This document shows positions 12,304 through 29,577 of a stretch of DNA of 64,000 nt, piece after piece. The stretch's first letter is position 1. Each line of letters opens with the position of its first letter. Made by a program: the position numbers and the translations under genes. The stretch lies in the NCBI RefSeq assembly GCF_009914755.1, contig NC_060933.1. The stretch is one strand, 5' to 3'. The notes below the pieces were generated by a model. It ran no database searches and was not told the DNA's origin. It worked only from the letters and a program-made list of their open reading frames with translations. Source of the DNA: the human T2T-CHM13v2.0 reference genome, Homo sapiens.

Positions 12304-14571
12304 TGTATCAGTCCTGTTTCACCCTGCTGATAAAGACATACCCATTTCATGCTGCTGGGAAGAAAAAGAGGTTTAATTGGACTTACAGTTCCATATGGCT
12401 GGGGAGGCCTCAGAATCATGATAGGAGGTGAAACACACTTCTTACATGGCAGCAGCAAGAGAAAAATGAGGAAGAAGCAAAAGCAGAAACCCCTGATAAA
12501 CCCATCAGATCTTGTGAGACATACTATCGTGAGAATAACACAGGAAAGACCGGCCTCCATGATTCAATTACTTCCCCCTGGGTCCCTCCTACAACACATG
12601 GAAATTCTGGGAAATACAATTCAAGTTGAGATTTGGGTGGGGGCACAGTCAAACTATATCATTCCACCCCTGGCCCCTCAAAATCTCATGTTCTCACATT
12701 TTAAAACCAACCATGCCTTCCCAATAGTCCCCCAAAGTCTTAACTCATTTCAGCACTAACCCAAAAGTCCACAGTCCAAAGTCTCATGTGAGAAAAGGCA
12801 AGTCCCTTCTACCTATAAGCCTGTAAAATCAAAAGCAAGCTAGTCACTTCCTAGATACAATGGGAGTACAGACATTGGGTAAATACAACCATTCCAAATG
12901 GGAGAAACTGGCCAAACAAAGGAGTTACAGGGCCCATGCATTCAAATTTTAAAGCTCCAAAATGATCTCCTTTGACTCCAGGTCTCACATAGAGATCGTG
13001 CTGATACCAAGAGGTGGGTTCGTGGTCTTGGACAACTCTGCCCCTGTGGCTTTGCAGGGTACAGCCTCCCTCTCTGCTGCTTTCATGGGCTAGTGTTAAG
13101 TGTCTGTGGCTTTTCCAGGAGCACTGTGCAAGCAGTCGGTGGATCTACCATTCTGGGGTCTGGAGGACAGTAGCCTTCTTCTCACAGTTCCACTATGCAG
13201 TGCCCCAGTAGGGACTCTGTGTGGGGGCTCCGACCCCACATTTCTCTTCCACACTGCCCTTAGCAGAGGTTCTCCATGAGGGTCCCACCCCTGCAGCAAA
13301 TTTTTCCCTGGGCATCTGGCATTTCCATACATCTTGTGCAATCTAGGCAGAGGTTCCCAAACCTCAATCCTTGACTTCTGTTGCACCCACAGGCTCAACA
13401 TCACATGGAAGCTGCCAAGTCTTGGGGCTTCCACCCTCTGAAGCCAGACACCAAGATGTACGTTGTTCCCTTTCAGCCATGGCTGGAGCAGCTGGGACAC
13501 AGGACACCAAGTCCCTATGCTGCACACAGCATGGGGACCCTGGGCCCAGCCCACAAAACCACTTTTTCTTCCTGGGACTCTGGGCATGTGATGGAAGGCG
13601 CTGCCATGAAGGTCTCTAACATGGCCTGAAGACATTTTCCCCATGGTCTTGGGGATTAACATTAGGCTCCTTGCTACTTATGCAAATTTCTGTAGAGGGC
13701 TTGAATTTCTCCCCAGAAAATGGGGTTTTCTTTTCTATCACATTATCAGGCTGCAAATTTTTGAAACTTCTATGCTCTGCTTCCCTTTTAAAACTAAATG
13801 CTTTTAACAGCACCCAACTCATCTCTTGAATACTTTGCTGCTTAGAAATTTTTTCTGCCAGATATCCTAAATCATCTCTCTCAAGTTCAAGGTTCCACAA
13901 ATCTCTAAGGCAGGGCAAAACGCCACCAGTCTCTCTGCTAAAACGTAACAAGAGTCACCTTTGCTCCTGTTCCCAACAAGTTCCTCATCTCCATCTGAGA
14001 CCACCTCAGCCTAGACTTTATTGTTCATATCGCTATCAGCATTTTCGTCAAAGCCATTCAACAAGTCTCTAGGAAGTTCCAAACTTACCCACATTTTCCT
14101 ATCTTCTTCTGAGCTCTCCAAACTGTTCCAACCTCTGCCTGTTCCAAAATCACTTCCACATTTCTGGGTATCTTTTCAGCAAAGCCCCACTCTACTGGTA
14201 CCAATTTACTGTATTAGTCCATTTTCACACTGTTGATAAAGACATACCCATTTCACGCTGCTGGGAAGAAAAAAGAGGTTTAATTGGACTTACAGTTCCA
14301 CGTGGCTGGGAGGCCTCAGTATCATGGCAGGAGGTGAAAGGCACTTCATACATGGCAGCAGCAAGAGATAAATGAGGAAGAAGCAAAAGTGGAAACCTCT
14401 GATAAACCCATCAGATCTCACGAGACTTATTCACTATCACAAGAATAGCACAAGAAAGACCAGGCCCCAAGATTCAATTATCTCCCCCTAGGTCCCTCCC
14501 AAAACACGTGGGAACTCTGGGAGATACAATTCAAGTTGAGATTTGGGTGGGGGCACAGCCAAACTGCATCA
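12304..14571 (-). mobile_element. Full-length THE1 (THE1A-like, ERVL-MaLR): LTR 12304-12661, internal 12662-14209, LTR 14210-14571
   Basis: Two ~360-bp direct repeats with TG...CA ends, typical MaLR internal sequence, 5-bp TSD gcact/gcatt (12299-12303, 14572-14576). Confidence 0.93.
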
Positions 14572-14817
14572 GCATTTAAGGTTCTTCCATGTCTTTTCGT
14601 AGTTTGATAGCTCATTTCTTTTCATTGCTAAACAGTATTCCATTGTGTGGATGCACCAGCTCCTCCATTTACCTATTGAAGGACATCTTGATTGCTTCAA
14701 ATTTTGGGCAGTTATAAATAAAGCTGTTATAAACATTCATGGGCAGGTTTCTGTGTGGACATAAGTTTTCAACTCATTTGAGTAAATACTTTGGAGCATG
14801 ATTTCTGAATCACATGA

Positions 14818-15223
14818 TGCATTAATCTGTTCAGGTTGCCTTAACAAAATACCATAAACTTGGTGGCTTAGTAATTTGTTTCTCACAGTTTTGGAGGCTG
14901 GAAAGTCCAAAATAAAGGGGCCAACTGATTCTGTTTCCGGTGAGGACTCTCTTTCTGACTTGTAGATGGCCAACTTCTCACCGTGTCCTCAAACAACCGG
15001 GGGGCAGGCAGGCCTCTTTTCAGTCTCTTATTTTTCAACTGACAAAAACTGTACATATTTATGGTACACAACATCCTGTCCCTTCTTATAAAGACACTAA
15101 TTCCATCAGATCAGGGTCCCACCCTTTAACCTCCACAAAGGCTCTATCTACAAATACAGTCGTAGAAGGGTAGGGTTTCAACGTATGAATTTGGTAGGGG
15201 CACAAAAACAGTCAGTCCACAAC
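14818..15223 (-). mobile_element. MLT1A-like solo LTR, with a ~45-bp L1MA tail inserted at ~15031-15074
   Basis: aacaaaataccataaacttggtggctt...ctcacagttttggaggctggaaagtccaa. Confidence 0.75.
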
Positions 15224-15801
15224 GTACAGTAATAGTGTGTTTAGTTTTGTAAAGAACCGTGAAACCATCTTCAAAAGTGGCTGTGTCACTGTGCACTCCC
15301 ACCAGCAGTGAATGTGAGTCCCTGTGGATCCACATCCTTCCCAGCACTTGATTCTAAATCTTCACCATTCTAATGGTATGTAGTGGTATCATTGTTTTTG
15401 TTAATTTGCAATTCTCTAATGACGTGATATTGAGCATCTTTTCATCACTTATTTGCCATCTGTACATTTTCTTTGGCAAGGTGTCGCAAAATACTCTTTT
15501 CACTGTTCTATTTCCCAGTGTGGTCTCATGGTCATCTTGGAGCATGATCACCAGGACTGCTTATTAGAAATGCAGAAGATTGGGCTCCAACCAGTAACAA
15601 TATATTAAGACCTTTCTAATACAGTCAAGAATAACAAACACTAAACAGACTGCTATAATTGAGGGAGAAACAGTGAATAAGAATCACCAATGGTCAGCCT
15701 GACTCTTACTGGATGGATTGGTTAGAGACCTGCAACCATTATCTTTTCCTCACGGGCTGCTGACTTTTCAACCAGAAAGCCTCTTAAAGAGAATAAATAT
15801 A

Positions 15802-16098
15802 GGCCAGGAACAATCACTCACATCTGTAATCCTAGCACTTCGGGAAGCCAAGATGGGAGTATCACTTGCACTCAGGAGTTTGGGACCAGCCGGGCAACAT
15901 AGCGAGGCTTCATCTCTACAAAAAAAATGTTTTAAATTAGCCAGGTGTGGTGGTGTGTGCCTGTAGTCCCAGCTACTCTGGTAGCTGATGTGGGAGAACT
16001 GTTTGAGCCCAGATGGTCAAGGCTGCAGTGAACCATGATCGTGGCACTGTATTCCAGCCTGGGTGACAGAGCAAGACCCCATCTCAGAGAAAAAAAAA
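15802..16098 (+). mobile_element. AluJ
   Basis: Dimeric Alu with gcccagatggtcaaggctgcagtga. Confidence 0.88.
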
Positions 16099-17354
16099 AG
16101 TAATATGGATGGGTATGGATGGGTACTGACATAATCAGGAAATCAAAGTCATTCTGTGACTGGAAAAAAAAAAAAAAAAGGAGATTGAAAATTGACGTTT
16201 GCCCAAATCCCAAAAGTGATATCACTGACTTCGTACATAACCCCTAGAAAATCACTGGGGGGCTTAGGGGTGGCAGTGGACTGGTTCTCCTTAAAAATAA
16301 GTTCAACTAACCTGCTGAAAAAGAGAGGCAGAAGTTAGGTATGCAGCTGGGAAACTGAGATAGGCAAAATACCATGGAGGCAAATTATTCAAACTATGGC
16401 AGGTCACAAGTCAAACTCCAATTTAAAGCCCCTAATAAACATCAAGGAGTTTTTTTTTTTACCTCTTTCCAAGGGAGGAGAGGAATGAAGGGAAAAAAAG
16501 TAGAGAAATAATGAGACTCACTGGTTAGGGAAGTGGGGAAATGGTTTCCCATTCCTCTAAGGAGCCAGCAGAGGGGAGCAAGTTGGGAGGAGAAAAAAGA
16601 GCAAAAATAAGAGTAAGAAAGAACTATTCCTAGTATAATACCATTTTCAATCTATCTGCTACATCCTTTATTTTGTTTTTTTTAAAAATGAAATGAAACC
16701 TCAATCTGTTTTTAAAACAAAAGCATGATTCTTTCCTAAGTAGAAGATGTGATGAATTAATTTTCCTCAAACTTTCTAGGTAGGAGTCAGGAGAAGCCAG
16801 CCAATTATTTGATAAAACCAAGTACAAAATAAAAGACTTGATTCTGCAGCTTAAAATAATGTTAATATACCAATTTCCCTTAGATTTTTTTAAACAAAAG
16901 TTTGATATTTTAATTTTTGCATATTTCCAACAGATAGCAGATAGCTAGGCCAAAAAAAAAAAAAAAAACAACTTCCCAATAGGTTCATATCTGCAAAGGG
17001 AACTTTCAAAGAAACCAATAAGACACAAAGCAGATAAAAATGACATATCATATAATCTTTTTCTTTATTCACTCCTATTATCACTATTCTATGAATTAGG
17101 TAGGAGAAGCCCATCTGTCTCTCCTCATTTTACAGATAAGAAAGCAGACACTCTTGGAAGTGACGGAAACTTTTTCACTGCATGGCCTTCAGTGCATAAG
17201 AGAGCCAAAACTCAAACCAAGGACTCCCACCTCCAAGACAAGAGAGGGGCCCCCTACTCTTTCCACTTCACAATAATGCCTAAATTCTAAGATAAAAGAA
17301 AAAAAAATACTCATTTTAACCATTAAAAGAAAAAAATCTATAATGTGGCTTTCA

Positions 17355-19362
<2,008 letters not shown>

Positions 19363-19470
19363 GAAAAATTTTTTATAAAAAAAGAATTTGAGAATTGAGG
19401 TATTCAAAAACTTTGTATTTCTTGAAAGTTTCTTCTATGATGGCAATAGTATCCCAGCCCATGGTTTTAA

Positions 19471-19752
<282 letters not shown>

Positions 19753-20094
19753 CCGACCTAACTGGTGATTTGTAAGCAGCCCTCTGTGGAGCTGAGTTAC
19801 CCGCCAGGAGAAGCCATTCTGTGAATAATGAACAGCCCATTTACAAAGTCATCTAGGTCAGCTGTTAGAAGTTGGAAAATCTTTTTCTACCTTTCCTTTC
19901 ACCAACCACTCTAACTTAGTAGGCTTCCAGAGCTGTAATTACACACATTTCAATGGGCGTCAACTCTCTCCAAGCTTCTTAACATCCTAGAAGTCAGGGT
20001 AGATGAAAATGGCAGTTGTGCCTCCCTAGAAAGCATGAGTTCATGAGTCCCCTTTACATCAGTGCTACCCAGACAGAGTCCCTATACTTACTGC

Positions 20095-20493
20095 TGATAT
20101 GGGTTGCATGTGTCCCCTATGTCATCTTGAATTGTAATCCCTATGAATCTCCACATGCGGAGGCAGGGCCCCAGTCGGAGGTGATTAGACCATGGGGGCA
20201 GTTTCCCCCACGCTGTTCTCATGATAGTGAGTTCTCACGGGAATTTATGATTTTAAAGTGTGGCGCTTCACTTGTTCATTCTCTCGTGTTCATTGTCTGT
20301 CTGTCTCTCTCTCTGTCACTCTCTCACCTGCCTGCCACCATGTAAGACATGCCTGCTTCCCCTTCTGCCATGATTGTAAGTTTCCTGAGGCCTCTCCAGC
20401 CATGTGGAGCTCTGAGTCAATTAAACCTCTTTTCTTTATAAATTACCCAGTCTCAGGCAGTTCTTCATAGCAGTGTGAAAATGAACTAATACA
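20095..20493 (+). mobile_element. MST-family (MaLR) solo LTR
   Basis: TGATATGG...attaaacctcttttctttataaattacccagtctcagg...ctaataCA; TSD actgc/attgc. Confidence 0.85.
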
Positions 20494-20501
20494 ATTGCCG
20501 T

Positions 20502-20814
20502 CTTCTTTTTTTTCCTTAGTGGCATTGTCTTGCTCTGTTATCCAGGCTTGAGTGCAGTGGCCTGATCATCATGCACTGCAGCCTCGAATTCCTGGGCTCA
20601 AGCAATCCTCTGACCTCAGCCTCCTGAGTAGTTGGGATGGATGATGGACATGCATCACCATACTTAGCTAATTTTTTTTTTTTTATTATTTGACTGTAGA
20701 GATGGGGTCTTCCTACATTGCCTAGTCTGGTCTTGAACTACTGGCCTCAGGCAATCCTTCCACGTCAACCTCCCAAAGTGCTGGGATTAAAGTTGTGACC
20801 CACTGTACCTAGCC
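20502..20814 (-). mobile_element. AluJ
   Basis: Diverged antisense dimeric Alu. Confidence 0.85.
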
Positions 20815-21647
20815 TTGACAGTTTTTAAAAAGAACACAAGGGACATTTAGTCACATTAACCCACAATCCCAAATCAATTTTAGTATATACCTAGTGGCAT
20901 TCTGAATTTATTGGACCTATTTTTTGAATCTAGGTTTATTGTTCTCTCCAATTTATTTAGTATGTTTTTTTCTAGTTTACTGGGGGCCTGACACTTAGGA
21001 AGAAGAGTAAGTTCCTGCCACTACTGTACAGCAGAGGTGCTGCAATTTGGGCACTGGGGGTGCATTTAAAAATTCACATTCCCAGATTTCACTCTGAAAA
21101 GGTTCCCAGTCAATAGGTCTCAGATAGTGTGGAGGAAGCATTTTTAACAAAATATGACTCGACTGTAGGGGGCATTCTCAGAGGTGTATTCAGCAAATGC
21201 AGCCACAGAACGACTCAGCCTGGCCCACAAAATGAACTTATAAACAGATATGTTAAAAACCATCTGTGAATTCTAGAAGCCTATAAAAAAGGAACTGATT
21301 ATGAGTAGTGAACACCAAAGGAATTCCAGACTGAGGGGAACAACTTAGGCAGAGTTATAGAATATCGCGAAATGTTTAGGGAACAAAGAATCACCTGAAA
21401 ATTACCAAACTTACATGCAAACTGTGAACTCACCATTTAGGGAGCATCTTGAATATGAAATATTTCACAGAAAGAAAACTTTAAGAGAAAGGTGTTTAAG
21501 CAGATAAGTGAATGTGTATCAAAAAAAAGTTTTTGTGACAACCATGTGAAAGATGGTTTCTAAGGAACATGAAACTAAAAACAGAAAATTAATTCCCAAA
21601 TGGAAAAGAAAGGAAGAGTGTTTTTAAGAAATGTTAAACAGAATGAA

Positions 21648-21742
21648 GCCAGGTACGGTGGCACACTTGTAGCTAGTCACTCAGGAGGCTGAGGTGGGAA
21701 GATCGCTTGAGCCCAGGAGTTCAAGTCCAGCCTAGGCAACAC
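21648..21742 (+). mobile_element. Alu monomer fragment
   Basis: gccaggtacggtggcacac...gagcccaggagttcaag. Confidence 0.75.
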
Positions 21743-22029
21743 ATTTTTTTAATAATAAAAATAAATTAAGAATAGAATGAATAAGAATTAGTGAGCCGCC
21801 AACCTATATTATCATATTTTCATTCCCAAGTGATTAAGAGATCAGAAAAAGATAAGGCAAGCCTATGAGTAAACATTCTACCTATTCCAATCACATATCC
21901 CAAAAAATTAAAATGGAAGATGAAAAATTAGACTTTTAGCCTCACAATCCATCCTTACTTAACCCTATCATCTCCCCTACCCCAACTTACATGTGGTTTT
22001 AGATATAAACCAGAATAACCTGCTTACCT

Positions 22030-22417
22030 ATGCTTACTCCTTCACTAGAGCTGCTATAACAAAGTGGGTTTAAACAACCCAAATGGGGTGGCTTAAGCAA
22101 CAGGAATTTATTTACAGCTCTGGAGGCTCTAAGTCCAAGATGAAGATATCAGCAGGGCTGATTTCTTCTGAGGCTTCTCCTTGGCATACAGATGGCTATC
22201 CTTTCTCTGTGCCTTCACATGGTCTTTTCTTGGTGTGTCTGTCCTAATCTTCTCTTCTTATAAGGACACAAGTCATATTAGATTAGGTCCTACCCCAATG
22301 ACCTCATTTTACCTTAATTACTTCTTTAAGGATTCTACCTCCAAATAGTCATTCTTAGAACTTCAACATACGAATTTGTGGTGCATGGGTAGGGGGCACA
22401 TAATTTGGCACATAACA
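22030..22417 (-). mobile_element. MLT1B/C-like solo LTR
   Basis: gctgctataacaaag...acagctctggaggct...cttataaggacac. Confidence 0.72.
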
Positions 22418-23044
22418 TTATAACTGGCTATAATTTTTATAACTTAAAGTAATCATTACTTCAAAAACTTTGAAAAAGTCCTAAATAAATACTCACAAGC
22501 AAAGAGAAAAACACACTCAGGTCTAACCAGATCCCTCCTAGAATGCAGGTGCACTTCAGCCATACGATTACCAGGAGGTCTATTCCAACATTCCAAGATC
22601 AAGAATCAGTTCCAAAACTATCCTGGGAATTTTAAGCCACTTCCTATGAGCAACAAAATTTCAGACAAGTTCCTTTCTCATCCATCCCCACTGATAAAAC
22701 TAAAGAAGCAATGAAAGAGAAGGCAAGGGCAGGTGGAGTTTATATAGTGACATTCCAACACTTGCTACCAAAGCTGTTAAGTATTATTATGGCATTTTTG
22801 ATGACCATGCCCAGAACTTAATAAAAGCTCAAATTTTTCTGTACTGTAGCTAAATTTACTATAGCAGAAATTTCTTCTGAGATAGCATGACTCTTCAGAA
22901 GCCACAAGCATATTTAAAATAAAAAAACAAGGGCTTCAATATTGTAAATTTAAATGGCCATAAACGTCTGACTCAAATCCGTTTCTTCCCTTGGAACCAC
23001 CTCCTCTCTCCTCAGATCTCAACATTTAAAAATTAATGGGTGTG

Positions 23045-24823
<1,779 letters not shown>

Positions 24824-24845
24824 TTACTGGGCATGGGGGTTGCAG

Positions 24846-25156
24846 GGTGCCGTGGCTCACAACTGTCATCCCAGCACTTTGAGAGGCCAATTCGGGAGGA
24901 CTATTTGAGCCAAGGAGTTCAAGACCAGCCTAGGCAACAAAGTGAGATCTCCATCTCTACAAAAAGAAGAAGAAAAGAAAAAATTAGCCAGGCATGGAGG
25001 TGTGTGCCTGTGGATCCAGCTACACAAGAGGCTGAGACAGGAGGATCGCTTGATCCCAGGAGACTGAGGCAGCAGTGAATCGTGTTCATACATACCACTG
25101 CACTCCAGCCTGAGTGACAGAGCAAGACCCTATCTCAAAAAACAATAAAATAAAAT
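24846..25156 (+). mobile_element. AluJ
   Basis: Diverged dimeric Alu; flanking repeat aaaaattactgg at 24819-24830 and 25157-25168. Confidence 0.85.
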
Positions 25157-25650
25157 AAAAATTACTGGAAAAATAAGGTTATATTACTTTATAATTTATA
25201 TTATAATTTTATATTACCACATACTTCACTAAGTTATCCATAAAATCAGACACAGGAAACATTTGTCACAATATAAAATTTTGTCAAAACCATAAACAGG
25301 AAAAATAGAATAGATCCTGTATCTATCATTTGAAACATAAGCGTTATCAAAGAAGGAAAATCACCAATTTGCAACCCCAATAAAATAGTTAATTCAAGCT
25401 CATCAAAAAAAGATCAGCAGTAGATGCTAAGACCATTAGAGAAAAGATTATTGTAGCACATGACGTTTGAAAGATACAAAGTGTCATAATGCTAGTAGCA
25501 GTAACCACAAAAAAAGAAAGACACGATTTTATATAAAAAGTCTTATCAGATTCTTTTCCTCTACTTTTTATCCCTCACAAAAGCACATATACTATCTGAA
25601 TCCCACTGTAAAAAGAAGTCCGGGAAATCTGTTACCATTTCTCTACCTAG

Positions 25651-25797
25651 CTCTGTCCAATACGGCAGCCACTAGCTACCCATGACTGTTAAGTCCTCAA
25701 ATGTGGCAAGTGACTGAGGAATTAAATGTTTTATTTTAAATAATTTAAATTTTAAAAGCCACATATGTCTAGTGGCTATTGTTTTAGACAGTACTGC
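25651..25797. mobile_element. MER3-like hAT MITE
   Basis: ctgtccaatacggcagccactagc...ctagtggctattgttttagacag. Confidence 0.75.
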
Positions 25798-26121
25798 TGC
25801 AGGGTATAAACAAACCTAGCCATGAAAGACAATATAAAAAGTCACAAGCTTAAATTATGGGCAGGCTTAAGGGAAAACTTGAAAAACTTATAAAACTATT
25901 TTATAAGCTTTTATCACCAGATAATTCTGTATCAGGAATTGCCTCCATTGAACTTTCTTATAGCATGTTTTCTTGACTACAAAAAATAAATGCTGAATAA
26001 AAGCTTGCGGAATTAAATTTATAAAGCTTTAAACCTACCCCAAAACACTGAATTACCAGGAAAACTATGGCATTTAATTAAATGTATAGGAGTACCCTGA
26101 TTTAAGACGTCCCTATTTTCA

Positions 26122-26478
<357 letters not shown>

Positions 26479-26534
26479 ATAAAATAATAAGCTGCTTGAA
26501 AACATTAAAAATGTAGTCTCACTCACAAAATATT

Positions 26535-26930
26535 ATTATGGGTCCCTTGCAATTACACATTAATTTTAAATCAGCTTGTCAATTTACAAAGAAGCCAGTT
26601 GGAGTTCTGACTGATAGGGACTGTATGTAACCTGAAGCAATTTGGGGGAGTATTGCCATCGTAATATTAAGTCTCCCAATCCATGAACATGGAATATTTT
26701 TTCATTTATTTAAATAGTCCTCTATTTCTTTCAACAATGTTTTGTAGTTTCACAGCACAAATTTCACATCTGTTTTGTTAAATGTGTTCCTAAGTATTTT
26801 ACTCTTTTTGATGCTATTATAAATAAAATTGTTTCCTTAATTTCATTTTCAGATTGTTCACTGCAAGTACGTAGAAATACTATTTTTTTATACTAATCTT
26901 GTATGCTATAACCTTGATAAATTCATCCAT
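26535..26930 (-). mobile_element. Old L1M ORF2 fragment
   Basis: ccaatccatgaacatggaat...ctttttgatgctattataaat. Confidence 0.7.
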
Positions 26931-28789
26931 TATGGGGATAGTACAGGTAGTACCTCAATTCATAGGGATCATTAGACTAATAAGGTAATTATTGGAGAGT
27001 ACCCAGTACTCAGCCTGGCACACAGTAGGCCACTGAAGTACTTTTATTTATCTAGGGCCTTACAAAGGTGTCTTACTATAAAGTTGTTATTTAATACCAC
27101 TTATGTGCAAAGGTCTGAGTAACACAGTGACTTAAAAAAAAAAAAAATCCTGTCCATAAGGAGCTAGAGGTCTTACTGCAGAAATAGATCATCCTTGTCC
27201 CACAAGTAATTTGTATAGACATCATATTAAAAATCTGAATAAGATTTCCTTTACAACAAATTTACCTTCATATACTGTTAAGAGCCTCAGAAGACCATCT
27301 ACTTTTCAACCATACAAATGAGGTTCATCCCTCCTTCTTCTTCCTATGTTTATTACTAGATTCTTCCATAACTCTTCTGAACACCAGTATTACTGCAGAG
27401 TGGTGTCATGTATTGCACTTGACCAATAAGATAAGAAAGTTTTAGCGTCTTGTAATTACTAGCTTTGTTTTTTCTTTCTGTGAAGCCTATTTCATGCTTT
27501 TGAATTTTCAGAAGAGAAACAAAAAGAAATGGAAAATAAAAGGAGTAAGAGATTACAATAAGTAAGGTTCCTATAGAACTGCAGTCACCAATTCTGCCAT
27601 TCTATAGAAGCTTACTAATATTTTTTAACTAAAACAATTTTTTTCCAAATAGTTCTTTAAACTTAGATATCTGCTTAGTGTTCCAAAGCACCATTTAAAA
27701 TCAACCAGGTCCTGTTTCTGTCTCAGCAACATTTGCTTTACTTCTAAATAATTGTTAATTTACATTTATTTGTTGGAAGAAAGACAGCCACAACCTAACA
27801 AACCACAATTTGTGCCACAAAGTCTAATCTTAGCCCAGATCTATTTTTGGATTCATAACAGCTTGAGCTAAAGAAGAATTTCATTACATTGTTCAAGTTG
27901 GGTCATAAACAGTCTCTGAAAAGAGAAGCAAACCAACATAAAATGCTGTAGAAACCAAAAATGATATAAAATATGAAAGATTCAGGTTCAAACATCTGCT
28001 ATATAAATGGAAACATTACTGTGCTCATCTTCAATCTCTACTTACCACTTTATGTTCCCAAAAAACTCCGTTCCTACCAAACTATAACTTATTTAAATTA
28101 CACTGAAATTTATCCACTTACAAATCTATCTCCCCTTCGCCCCACATATGAGTCTCTGAGGGCAGAGAAGCCATATGTCTAACTAGATGTGTAAATTTGG
28201 AAGAGAAGTAGGATGTGCAACATAAGGCATTTCCATCCCACCCCAATAACCATCCAACCTGTAAGTTCTCAAAAATGGCTTTAGTTTTGCTTTTATCATT
28301 CTAACAGTTGCCATTAGTCATTCTTTAGGTGAGGACACTACAGCCTTCAGTGAAGCACTGCTCAGACAGTATATAAGACAAATGACACAAAACAAAATAA
28401 AGTTATCTAATTACCAGAAGTGATGATCAGTAAACTGAATCCATCTAAGTTTTAGCTAATTTACCTGATAGACAGTACACTTCTAAAACTACCTTTATGA
28501 AGTGCTGAGCTATTTAAGTGAAACCAAATAAAGGTGATTCACTCAAAAGCTGTCCAGAAAACCTGGTGGCAATGCTCATCAATTTAAGCAAATCACAACA
28601 TAAGTTTCCAATTTTCTTTTCCAAATTAGAGTTACTTTCCTCAAACCCTATTCTGCTGCTTTAGGCTTCTGATTAGGTTAAGAAAGGGAAACAAAAATTA
28701 AAGGGAAAAGCACAATATTCAATGATTAAGAGATGTGCCAAATTTCCACGTATCCAGAGGACTCAAATCATTAGAATTTTCTTTGAGTA

Positions 28790-29104
<315 letters not shown>

Positions 29105-29466
29105 TCATGCAATGATGACTAATATTTATAAATACAATCCTAAGACATAAAGTTCCTCAAATGCCTTCAGAATTTCTGAAGGAAAACTAAATTACATTCT
29201 GAAACAATTAGTAACCAGATGTTTAAAAAAAAAAAAAAAAAGGTAGCATGAAACCTCTCATGTTTCTCCCCATTGTCCATGGTAAACATAACCAAGAACT
29301 GAATATTGTACTAAGCCAGACTTAGGCCTCAGAATCCTTCTCATTAGACCAACCTAAAAGTAGAGATATGACCTAGAAGCATGGTATAAACAGAGTAAAA
29401 CAGTGATGAGCTTAGGACTTGGAGTCAAAAGGCCTGAGTTTAAATCTTAGTTATGCCACTCTAAAA

Positions 29467-29577
29467 AAGGGTGACTATATAATCTATCATCCAAAGAGCA
29501 ATAGTTCTGACACCAACACAGGACAATAGGTATATACTTGGACTGTCCTCAGCAAAACAGGACATAGAGTCACCATA
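29467..29577. mobile_element. hAT-Blackjack MITE (MER94/MER81-like) nested in a MIR
   Basis: Inverted termini agggtgactat...agagtcaccat; MIR-like flanks. Confidence 0.6.

Larger units (their letters stand above)
11835..15490 (-). mobile_element. L1MC-like 3' region, split by THE1 and MLT1 insertions
   Basis: Antisense L1M 3'UTR (agcagttttaggtt...agaaagtacagagagttc); resumes at 14572 and again at ~15225. Confidence 0.75.

Noticed and set aside
13014-13951. ORFs of up to 188 aa in the THE1 internal region
   Set aside because: Broken remnants of the MaLR internal ORF, with no intact gag or pol.
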